A stretch of DNA of 32,000 nucleotides from assembly GCA_041661045.1 (NCBI GenBank), contig JBAZVE010000001.1, positions 600,001 through 632,000 on the forward strand. Reading direction: 5' to 3'. This document shows, one piece after another, positions 9,906 through 17,055 of this stretch. A model generated the notes under the pieces. It ran no database searches. It was given only the letters and a program-made list of their open reading frames with translations, and had not been told where the DNA came from. Within the stretch, counting starts at the first letter, position 1. The number at the start of each line of letters is the position of its first letter. The stretch is from Candidatus Saccharimonadota bacterium (GTDB taxonomy: Bacteria > Patescibacteriota > Gracilibacteria > UBA1369 > 2-02-FULL-48-14). The position numbers were made by a program, and so were the translations under genes.

Positions 9906-10991
9906 TTAGAGCAAAGCCACGAATTCATCGAAGAGGTAGGAAGTATCTGTTGGTCCGGGTGCGGCTTCTGGGTGAAATTGAACGGAAAAGAAGGGGAGCG
10001 TTTTGTGCCTCAACCCTTCCACACAGCCGTCGTTGGCGTTTTCAAAGTACACCTCCCACTCTTTGGGAAGACCTTTGGGGTCTACGGCGTACCCGTGGTT
10101 TTGCGAAGTGATGGAGCAGCGACCGGTTTGAGTGTTGATGCAGGGTTGATTCTGTCCACGGTGGCCATATTGCAATTTGTAGGTTTTTGCACCCGCCGCC
10201 AGGCCCATGATCTGTGTCCCAAGACAAATCCCAAACGAAGGTATTTTTCTCTTCATGCATTCTTTCATCACTTCCACCGTTTCTTTCATGATGCTGGGAT
10301 CTCCGGGGCCGTTTGAGAAGAACACGCCGTCGAATTTTTCTCCGGTTTTATCTTCGTAGTCAAAAGGATTGGCGTTCCAAGGGAAGCGGGTGATTTTTAT
10401 CCCTCGGTTTAGAAAGCTGCGCAAGGAATTGTTTTTAACCCCACAGTCGATCACCGCGATGTGTTTTTTACCCGTCCCATAAGTTTTGATTTCCGTTGGG
10501 CTCACTTTTGCCACTAGATTCACCGTGTTGGGGTCATAAAACTCTTTGTTGGGTTTGACGCTTTCGAGATGGATTTTCCCCGGCTGAGACCCTTTTTCGC
10601 GTAAAAGTTGAGTGAGCGCTCGTGTGTCTATACCGGTGATTCCCGGAACATTGTATTCACGCATCCAGTCCGAAAGACTCTTTGCAGCTTTCCAGTGAGA
10701 ATAAATTTCACTGTAATCACTCACGATGAGGCCCTTGATGTGCATGCGATCGCTTTCAAAAAACTTGCTTATTCCTTCCTCATCCAGCTCTTCCGCGGGT
10801 ACTCCATAATTGCCGACTAGAGGAAAAGTGATCACCAAGATTTGATCTTTAAATGAAGGGTCGGTGAGACTTTCCGGGTAGCCCACCATGCCCGTGGTGA
10901 AGACCACTTCTCCTTCACTTTCTTCAAGAGCGCCAAAAGCCTTTCCTGTGAACTGTGTGCCGTCTTTGAGAGTAAGAGTGAGTTTTTCCAT
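9906..10991 (-). CDS. carA: Carbamoyl-phosphate synthase small (glutaminase) subunit
   Basis: 361 aa. N-terminal GEVVFTTGMVGYPESLTDPSFKDQILVITFPLVGNYGV. GATase triad context GICLGTQ...QNHGYAV...VQFHPEA. Confidence 0.95.
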   Translation of the reverse strand: MEKLTLTLKDGTQFTGKAFGALEESEGEVVFTTGMVGYPESLTDPSFKDQILVITFPLVGNYGVPAEELDEEGISKFFESDRMHIKGLIVSDYSEIYSHWKAAKSLSDWMREYNVPGITGIDTRALTQLLREKGSQPGKIHLESVKPNKEFYDPNTVNLVAKVSPTEIKTYGTGKKHIAVIDCGVKNNSLRSFLNRGIKITRFPWNANPFDYEDKTGEKFDGVFFSNGPGDPSIMKETVEVMKECMKRKIPSFGICLGTQIMGLAAGAKTYKLQYGHRGQNQPCINTQTGRCSITSQNHGYAVDPKGLPKEWEVYFENANDGCVEGLRHKTLPFFSVQFHPEAAPGPTDTSYLFDEFVALL

Positions 10992-11019
10992 CTCCGGCAG
11001 TTTAGCATGCCATTTGTTT

Positions 11020-11056
11020 GAGAAAAGGGGGAGGGGTGGCGGAGGAGGAGGAAGGG
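11020..11056. other. Purine-only (G-rich) tract on the + strand, which is a C/T tract on the carA-sense strand
   Basis: GAGAAAAGGGGGAGGGGTGGCGGAGGAGGAGGAAGGG has 35 of 37 purines. It lies in the carA/orphan divergent intergenic region and ends 1 nt before the predicted -35 box of the + strand promoter. Confidence 0.8.
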
Positions 11057-11057
11057 C

Positions 11058-11086
11058 TTGACGGAGTTAGGTATATGTATTATGAT
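11058..11086 (+). promoter_or_regulatory. Sigma70-type promoter candidate for the 236-aa orphan gene
   Basis: TTGACG (11058-11063), 17-nt spacer, TATGAT (11081-11086). ATG lies 27 nt downstream of the -10 box. Confidence 0.5.
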
Positions 11087-11112
11087 TTCGCCGTAATTCC
11101 TCTTTATTATAA

Positions 11113-11823
11113 ATGTCAAAGCCTACGATAGAAGAAGCTCTGTCTTGTCCAGATGAATTTAGGGTGAGTTATTCTAGCGAGGAAGTAACTGCTGCTCTCC
11201 CCGGATTCCCCCCATTTCTCTTGGTTGAGCCGGCTTCCACCTCCAATCCTACTCTTTGTGCGGTCCGTGCTGCGATTGATTATCAGAAAGAGGCTCTTCT
11301 TTATTGTCATGATGTCTTTCGCAAAAAAGGCTTTTTCTTTGGGATCAGCCCTGAAAAAGCTCAAGAAGTGCGTGGACTCTCTCTGCCGCCCAGACTTAAC
11401 CTTTCCGTTGCTCGATTATACTTTTCTTCCTATGGATCTCAAAGTGCAGGTACAGCTCCTTTTGAATCGCGTTTCCCAAATGGATGGGCCCAGGTGCTTA
11501 TGCGCACATGGGATGGGGACCTGCTTCCCCGATCTAAAGCGATTGCTGATGAGTTGAAAAGGGTCACTTCTTTTTGGGCAACTTTTGATACTCTAGTTCA
11601 AGAATTTGGTTTGAGTGTGCAGATGGAGGAGAGGGCTGTCAGAACTGAGCTTCGTGAGAGTGTCTTTGTTTATCTTCCGAGTGATCTCCCTGGGCCACAA
11701 GTGGTGATAGAGAACATATCGTTTGGTAAGACTCCCATTTTTTCTGTTGGAGATGAACCTAGATTGAAGGAATTTGCTCGAAGATTGAGTGAGGTGCACG
11801 GCGTCCATTTTTCTGAAAATTAA
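11113..11823 (+). CDS. Hypothetical protein (no recognisable domain)
   Basis: 236-aa ORF with its own promoter candidate, sitting between carA and pyrB. It has no PRPP-binding loop (so not PyrR-like), no Cys4 zinc motif (so not PyrI-like) and no TM segment. Confidence 0.6.
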   Translation: MSKPTIEEALSCPDEFRVSYSSEEVTAALPGFPPFLLVEPASTSNPTLCAVRAAIDYQKEALLYCHDVFRKKGFFFGISPEKAQEVRGLSLPPRLNLSVARLYFSSYGSQSAGTAPFESRFPNGWAQVLMRTWDGDLLPRSKAIADELKRVTSFWATFDTLVQEFGLSVQMEERAVRTELRESVFVYLPSDLPGPQVVIENISFGKTPIFSVGDEPRLKEFARRLSEVHGVHFSEN

Positions 11824-11837
11824 AGTGCTTGCTCCCA

Positions 11838-11866
11838 TTGCCCCGGGGCTTTGCGTTGTGTAGAAT
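11838..11866 (+). promoter_or_regulatory. Sigma70-type promoter candidate for pyrB-pyrC
   Basis: TTGCCC (11838-11843), 17-nt spacer, TAGAAT (11861-11866). The pyrB ATG at 11883 would give a leader of roughly 10 nt. Confidence 0.45.
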
Positions 11867-11882
11867 CCTAGTAAAAGGGCTT

Positions 11883-12800
11883 ATGAAACACCTTCTTTCT
11901 TCTCAAGATCTGACTCGCGATGACATTTTGGGTCTTTTGAGTCGGGCGGAGGAGTTTTTGCCAACTGTTTTGGAGCGAAAGCGGCTTGGTTTGGCGGAGG
12001 GGAAAATTTTGGCCACCTTGTTTTATGAACCTTCTACGCGAACACGCTTTTCTTTTGAAACGGCGATGTTACGGCTCGGTGGACAAGTGATTTCCAACGC
12101 GGATATGGGCACTACTTCTTCGGCTAAAAAAGGGGAAACTCTTTATGACACGGGGAAGATGGTGTCCAGTTATGCGGACATTATTGCGATGCGTCATCCT
12201 GAAAAAGGAAGTGTGGCTGAGCTTGCAAAGGGCAGCAGTGTGCCCGTGGTGAATGGGGGAGATGGGGCGGGAGATCACCCCACACAGGGGCTTTTGGACC
12301 TGCTGACGATCAAGATGGAAAAAGGTCGTTTGGAACATTTGACCATTGGAATGGTGGGGGATTTGAAAAATGGACGAGTGCCGCATTCCGAGTGCGCCTA
12401 TTTGTCTCATTTCACAGGTTTGAAGTTTATTTTTGTGGCACCGGAGGCTTTGAAAATGCCAAGGGAGATTGTGGAAATGTTGAAGGGCAAGGGACATGAA
12501 GTGGTGGAAACAGAAAATTTGTCTGAGGTCTTGAGTGAGATGGATGTGATTTGTCACACCCGTATTCAAAAAGAACGCTTTGAGAGTGAGGCGGAATATC
12601 TTAAATATAAAGGTGTTTATGTTTTGAACGCGGAACTCATGAATCGTGCAAAGGCAGATGCGATCTTGCTGCATCCCTTGCCTCGAGTGGACGAAATTGC
12701 CACTGAAGTGGACAGTGACCCCAGGGCCAAATACTTTGTACAGCCCACTTATGGGGTGGCCATGCGCATGGCGATTTTGGCGACTTTACTTGGCTTATGA
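11883..12800 (+). CDS. pyrB: Aspartate carbamoyltransferase catalytic subunit
   Basis: Motifs STRTRFSFE, HPTQGLLD and HPLPRVDEI. I prefer the ATG at 11883 (MKHLLSSQDLTRDDI...) over the TTG at 11829 in the ORF track, because the extension is non-conserved and would swallow the promoter. Confidence 0.95.
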   Translation: MKHLLSSQDLTRDDILGLLSRAEEFLPTVLERKRLGLAEGKILATLFYEPSTRTRFSFETAMLRLGGQVISNADMGTTSSAKKGETLYDTGKMVSSYADIIAMRHPEKGSVAELAKGSSVPVVNGGDGAGDHPTQGLLDLLTIKMEKGRLEHLTIGMVGDLKNGRVPHSECAYLSHFTGLKFIFVAPEALKMPREIVEMLKGKGHEVVETENLSEVLSEMDVICHTRIQKERFESEAEYLKYKGVYVLNAELMNRAKADAILLHPLPRVDEIATEVDSDPRAKYFVQPTYGVAMRMAILATLLGL

Positions 12801-12806
12801 TCGATA

Positions 12807-13868
12807 ATGCTAAAGATGGAACTAAAAATAGAAACTGCCGGTGAAGGGAAGTTTTGGATTCCCGGTTTGATCGATTGTCATGTGCATTTTCGAGATCCGG
12901 GGGCGCCGGAAAAGGAAGATTGGGCAAGTGGGAGCGCGGCGGCTTTGGCGGGTGGGGTGACTACGGTGTTGGACATGCCCAATACGAATCCCGCCACCAT
13001 CACGGTGGAGGCTTTGGAAGCAAAACGGGCGATTGCTCAAGCAAAAAGTAAGGTGGCCTTTGGCCTATTTTTTGGAGCCACGCGCGACAATTTGGAGGAA
13101 ATTCGCAAAGCCCAGAACATTTGTGGCATTAAAATTTACATGGGGTCTTCCACGGGGAATCTTTTGTTGGACGATCCTGTTGTTTGGGAAGAAGTTTTTA
13201 AAATTGCAAAGGAGAAAAATGTGCCGGTGGTGGTGCACGCGGAGACGGAATCCATGATTCAGCAGGGGAGGCGCGACTGTGAATGTGCCCGGGTGGCTAC
13301 TGAGGCCGCGATCATGCTTCGAGAAAAAGTGGGGAATCGTTTGCATATTGCTCACATCAGCTGCAAGGCTGAACTGGATCTTGTGCGTGCGCACAAATGC
13401 CCCGAACTCAGCTGTGAAGTGACGCCACATCATCTTTTTTTTACGGAAGAAGACCGCAAAGACGCCTTTTTAAAGATGAATCCCCCTCTACGGTCAGCAG
13501 CGGATCAAGCTGCTCTTTGGGAGGGACTTCGGGATGGGACTATCGACTGCATCGCTACCGATCATGCGCCTCACACCGAGGAAGAAAAGAGCTTGCCCTT
13601 TGAGGACGCACCGGCCGGAGTGCCGGGGGTGGAGTTTATGCTGCCCTTGATGCTGAATGCCGTTAACGAAGGAAGACTCACTCTGGAGCGCTTGGTGGAA
13701 CTCACTTCGGTGAATCCTTCTCGAATCTTTGGGGTCCCGGTGCAGGGCCAGGTTCTGGTGGACATGAATGCTACGAAAACCATCCATAAAGAAGACATCC
13801 AATCCAAATGCGGATGGTCCCCTTATGTGGGACGCACTTTAAAGGGGTGGCCTATTAATCCGCAGTAG
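12807..13868 (+). CDS. pyrC: Dihydroorotase (short form)
   Basis: 353 aa. Metal ligands are in order: DCHVHFRDPG (HxH), GIKIYMG (Lys), VVVHAE, HIAHIS, ATDHAPH. Only about 24 aa precede HxH and the C-terminus is short. Confidence 0.9.
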   Translation: MLKMELKIETAGEGKFWIPGLIDCHVHFRDPGAPEKEDWASGSAAALAGGVTTVLDMPNTNPATITVEALEAKRAIAQAKSKVAFGLFFGATRDNLEEIRKAQNICGIKIYMGSSTGNLLLDDPVVWEEVFKIAKEKNVPVVVHAETESMIQQGRRDCECARVATEAAIMLREKVGNRLHIAHISCKAELDLVRAHKCPELSCEVTPHHLFFTEEDRKDAFLKMNPPLRSAADQAALWEGLRDGTIDCIATDHAPHTEEEKSLPFEDAPAGVPGVEFMLPLMLNAVNEGRLTLERLVELTSVNPSRIFGVPVQGQVLVDMNATKTIHKEDIQSKCGWSPYVGRTLKGWPINPQ

Positions 13869-13894
13869 AAAGCCAATTTCCGTGGGCTTTCGAC

Positions 13895-13922
13895 TTGACG
13901 GTTGTACTCTTTCAGGTACAAT
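13895..13922 (+). promoter_or_regulatory. Sigma70-type promoter candidate for the surface-protein gene
   Basis: TTGACG (13895-13900), 16-nt spacer, TACAAT (13917-13922). ATG at 13956. Confidence 0.5.
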
Positions 13923-13955
13923 ACCCTCTTGTCTATTTTTTAATTCCCTTCCCCT

Positions 13956-16007
13956 ATGAGTTTACTTCGCACCTTAATCTTGAGTACTTTTGTGCTCAGT
14001 ATCCTTGCCCTTCCTGTAGGGGCTTCTGAGTTTGATACCGATGAGGATGGTATTTTGGATGAAGATGAAATGTTTTATGGTTTCGACATTTTAAATCCCG
14101 ATGAAAACAGCAACGGTATTTTGGATGGTTTGGATGACTACGATGGAGACGGACTTAGCACTCAAGATGAAATTTATGTTTATGGTACTTATCCCACCTT
14201 TTCTGATACGGATGGAGACGGACGAAGCGATGGGGAAGAGGTGACCGCTGGTACCGATCCTCTTGTGGCTGAAGTGGCTGATATGACGATCACTGCTATT
14301 TCTACCGTTCTTTTGGGTGGAAATGAGATTTTGGCATACACCGCGGGGAATGCCGGTAACCTTTCTGTGGATTACACTTTGGAGTCCGAAGCTTCCACGC
14401 AAGTGTTTGTGGATTATGTTGAGGGAGATGGAAGCTACAGCGCTCTTTATACTTATGACTGGAACATTGAAATGGGTGCCGGGACTTGGACCGGAGCACT
14501 TTTCTCCGCTGCTGGAAGTGAGGAGATTGCAACCGGAGTTGAGCTTACGCCCGGAGATCACATCATCATGGTGTGTATTGATGCGGCAGTGAATCACGGA
14601 GAGAGTGAAGGGGGGCTCGCAAACTGTTTGACTGATACGGTTACCATTCCTTTTCCTTCTCCGGATCTTATTGTGAGCCAAGTGGCCTTTGATACCACTG
14701 ACAATAGTATCGACTTTGTGGTGCGAAACATTGGAGAAGATACCGTTAGCCTAGATGAAGTTCCTGTCCTTAATTTTACTTTTGATTTCTTGAATGCAGA
14801 CTTTTCCACTGCATCTTCTTTGGATTATACGATCGATGACTTTGGAACGGGATACCGAACTCCTCTCGGAGCGACTACGGTGACTTCTGGTCCAAGTGAT
14901 GGAGAATTCATCAGCTGTACTCTTTATGTATTGGCTACAGTGGACAGCACTTTGCTTGTGACGGAGTCTGATGAAAGCAACAACACTTACTCAACGGTTT
15001 TGGACCTTTGTCCCGGCGATGGAGAAGTGGTGAATGGATTCACCGTTGAGGCCGGACCTGATCAGGGGATTGGGCTTGGAGGCACATTTAATCTTGTGGA
15101 TGCCTACGCGGAAAATGCTGTTTCTTTGACCTCTACCAGCATCAACTGGGGGGATGGATCTGCCTTGGAATCTGCCGTTGAAACAGTGAGTGGAGACCGT
15201 ATTTATTTGGGTGGCAGCCACTATTACACCTATCTCGAAACTTTTACCGTTACGGTTTGTGCCAATGACGGCAGTGAAGAAGTGTGTGACTCTTTTAAAC
15301 TTTCTGTAAGTGGAACTTCCAGTGGTGATGGAGGTTCTAGTGGTGGATCTTCCGGTGGTTCCAGTGGTGGTTCCTCCAGTGAATCAGATCAGGATGTTGA
15401 TTTGACCGAAGAAACTGAAGAAACTGTTGAGGAAGATCAAGTGGTGGACCTGAGCTCTGATGACGATGTTGTGAATTGTGACGCTATGGCATTTGAAGAT
15501 ATCAGTGAGGAGGATTCCTTCTATACTGCTGTTTGTGAAATGTGGGCGGCTGATGTCCTTCACGGAAAGACAGATGCCGTATTTGATGCCGAAGACGATA
15601 TTCGTCGAGATGAAGCGTCCAAGATCTTTACTCGTTTGTTTGGATATGTGGAAGAGGCTTATGAAGAAACTCCTGCGGTAGAAGAAAGCTCCTTTGTCGA
15701 TGTAGAAGCTACGGATCCTTTGGCTTACTATGTGGAATTGGCGGTGGAAGAAAGTATTATGGATGCCGATACCGATTCGTTCAGTGTTGATTTTGTTGAG
15801 TCAGAAGCAGAAGGTTATGTGGAAGTGATTTCTCAGTCCAGCTTTAGACCCAAGGATTCCATGACAGCTTTGGAAATTGCCGAAAGCTTGGAAATGCTTT
15901 TGGGAGACAATGAAGCTGGAGAATCGTTGGATGCGGATGGATATGAAGTGGAAGACACCATGAGCCGCGGAAACTTTGTGGAGTTCCTTTATAATCTTTT
16001 GGACTAA
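13956..16007 (+). CDS. Secreted, highly acidic mosaic surface protein (TSP3-type Ca-binding repeats, CARDB/PKD-like beta domains, Gly-Ser linker, SLH-like C-terminus)
   Basis: 683 aa. Signal peptide MSLLRTLILSTFVLSILALPVGASE. D-x-D-x-D-G-x-x-D repeats (DTDEDGILDEDE, DYDGDGLSTQDE, DTDGDGRSDGEEVTAGTDPL). PDLIVSQVAFDTTDNSIDFVVRNIGEDTV is CARDB-like. FTVEAGPDQ...INWGDGS...FTVTVCANDG is PKD-like. SSGDGGSSGGSSGGSSGGSSS is a linker. The C-terminal FEDIS..FYTAV..L.GKTD..F.....IRRDEASKIFTRL is SLH-like. All domain calls are by eye. Confidence 0.7.
   Translation: MSLLRTLILSTFVLSILALPVGASEFDTDEDGILDEDEMFYGFDILNPDENSNGILDGLDDYDGDGLSTQDEIYVYGTYPTFSDTDGDGRSDGEEVTAGTDPLVAEVADMTITAISTVLLGGNEILAYTAGNAGNLSVDYTLESEASTQVFVDYVEGDGSYSALYTYDWNIEMGAGTWTGALFSAAGSEEIATGVELTPGDHIIMVCIDAAVNHGESEGGLANCLTDTVTIPFPSPDLIVSQVAFDTTDNSIDFVVRNIGEDTVSLDEVPVLNFTFDFLNADFSTASSLDYTIDDFGTGYRTPLGATTVTSGPSDGEFISCTLYVLATVDSTLLVTESDESNNTYSTVLDLCPGDGEVVNGFTVEAGPDQGIGLGGTFNLVDAYAENAVSLTSTSINWGDGSALESAVETVSGDRIYLGGSHYYTYLETFTVTVCANDGSEEVCDSFKLSVSGTSSGDGGSSGGSSGGSSGGSSSESDQDVDLTEETEETVEEDQVVDLSSDDDVVNCDAMAFEDISEEDSFYTAVCEMWAADVLHGKTDAVFDAEDDIRRDEASKIFTRLFGYVEEAYEETPAVEESSFVDVEATDPLAYYVELAVEESIMDADTDSFSVDFVESEAEGYVEVISQSSFRPKDSMTALEIAESLEMLLGDNEAGESLDADGYEVEDTMSRGNFVEFLYNLLD
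15309..15386 (+). repeat. Short tandem AGT/TCC-GGT-GGT repeats encoding a (S-G-G-S)n linker
   Basis: agtggtggatcttccggtggttccagtggtggttcctccagt. Imperfect 12-nt periodicity inside the surface-protein gene. Confidence 0.6.
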
Positions 16008-16033
16008 TCGACCTCGTATTACGGGTTCTTGGG

Positions 16034-16060
16034 AAAGCCACTAAAGACTAGTGGCTTTTT
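16034..16060 (+). terminator. Rho-independent terminator after the surface-protein gene
   Basis: Perfect 9-bp stem AAAGCCACT / AGTGGCTTT with a 7-nt loop. The 3' arm runs into TTTTT. Confidence 0.7.
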
Positions 16061-16092
16061 CATTATTGCTTTTTTAAAGGCGGCATGGTTTT

Positions 16093-17055
16093 ATGCTTGG
16101 TGAACCCTTATTCATGGCTGACCTCTCAGTAGAATTCTGCGGTGTGAAGTTCAAGAACCCTATCGTTCTCGCTTCCGGCATTTTAGGTGTTACGGCGGAT
16201 AGCATGGCCCAAGTGGTGCGGAATGGAGCCGGAGGAGTGACGAGCAAGAGTCTTTGGCCTTATGAGCATCAAGGGCACCCGAATCCTGTTATTGTGACCA
16301 CGGAGCATTATATGCTCAATGCGGTGGGTATCCCTGATGCGGGACCTGAAAAAGCCAGGGAGGAAATGGCTCGATTCCGGGAGGTGTGTAAGGCGCCGTT
16401 TATTGCGAATATTGTGGGGGGAGTTATGGAAGATTACAGCGCCATTGCGGCTGAGGTGGCTTCGATGCGGCCGGATATTGTGGAGTTGAATATTTCATGC
16501 CCGAATGTGGAAGATGAATTGGGAAAACCCATGGCGTGCTCCATTGTGAAGTCGGCGGAGGTTACGCGGTTGGTGAGAGCTCAGTTGGATGCCAATGGAG
16601 GAAAAGGGATTCCGTTGGTGGTGAAACTTTCTCCGAATGTAGAAAATATTGTGAGCATTGCACAGAGTGTTTTGGAGGCAGGGGCGGATGGAATTACAGC
16701 GATCAACTCTGTGGGGCCGGGCATGGCCATTGATATTGATTTTGCGCAGCCGATTTTATCGAATCGTGTGGGGGGGCTCACCGGCCCGGCCATCAAGCCT
16801 TTGGCCGTTAAATATGTCTATGACATTTATAAGGCTTCCAAGTGTCCGATCATTGGAACCGGTGGCGTTTCCACGGGAAGAGATGCTATTGAAATGATGA
16901 TGGCGGGAGCTACGCTTGTGGGGGTGGGCAGCGCGGTGTGGCAACGAGGCCAGGGCGTCTTCGGAAAAATTGCAGAAGAAATGAATGAATGGTGTGATGC
17001 AAACGGGGTAAAAAAACTTTCAGACTTAATTGGAAAAGTTCATGCAAATCATTAA
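16093..17055 (+). CDS. pyrD: Dihydroorotate dehydrogenase class 1B, catalytic subunit
   Basis: 320 aa. FKNPIVLASG, NISCPNV (Cys base), GVGPGMAID...GGLTGPAIKP, IGTGGV...GATLVGVGSA. Immediately followed by pyrK. An alternative start is the ATG at 16114 (MADLSVEF...). Confidence 0.93.
   Translation: MLGEPLFMADLSVEFCGVKFKNPIVLASGILGVTADSMAQVVRNGAGGVTSKSLWPYEHQGHPNPVIVTTEHYMLNAVGIPDAGPEKAREEMARFREVCKAPFIANIVGGVMEDYSAIAAEVASMRPDIVELNISCPNVEDELGKPMACSIVKSAEVTRLVRAQLDANGGKGIPLVVKLSPNVENIVSIAQSVLEAGADGITAINSVGPGMAIDIDFAQPILSNRVGGLTGPAIKPLAVKYVYDIYKASKCPIIGTGGVSTGRDAIEMMMAGATLVGVGSAVWQRGQGVFGKIAEEMNEWCDANGVKKLSDLIGKVHANH

Noticed and set aside
11020-11056. A canonical four-tract G-quadruplex call for the G-rich tract.
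   Set aside because: Only three runs have three or more G (GGGGG, GGGG, GGG). The remaining runs are GG, so only a weak two-tetrad structure is possible. I kept it as a purine/pyrimidine-tract observation instead.
11829-11882. N-terminal extensions from the ORF track's alternative starts: TTG 11829 for pyrB, TTG 23091 for the ATPase, ATG 20518 for DUF167 and 28215 for infA.
   Set aside because: The extensions are non-conserved and overlap upstream genes or predicted promoters. In-frame ATGs coincide with the conserved family N-termini, and for the ATPase and DUF167 genes they also create clean ATGA stop/start junctions.
13868-13891. Hairpin GAAAGCC-(10 nt)-GGCTTTC right after pyrC, considered as a terminator.
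   Set aside because: It has only a 7-bp stem with a large loop and no following T-tract. It is too weak to call, although it could still contribute to 3'-end formation.
16066-16094. TTGCTT-17-TTTTAT considered as a promoter for pyrD(1B). It would favour the ATG at 16114 as the start.
   Set aside because: The -10 hexamer lacks the critical A at position 2 and overlaps the first in-frame ATG. It is not distinguishable from background A/T-rich sequence.
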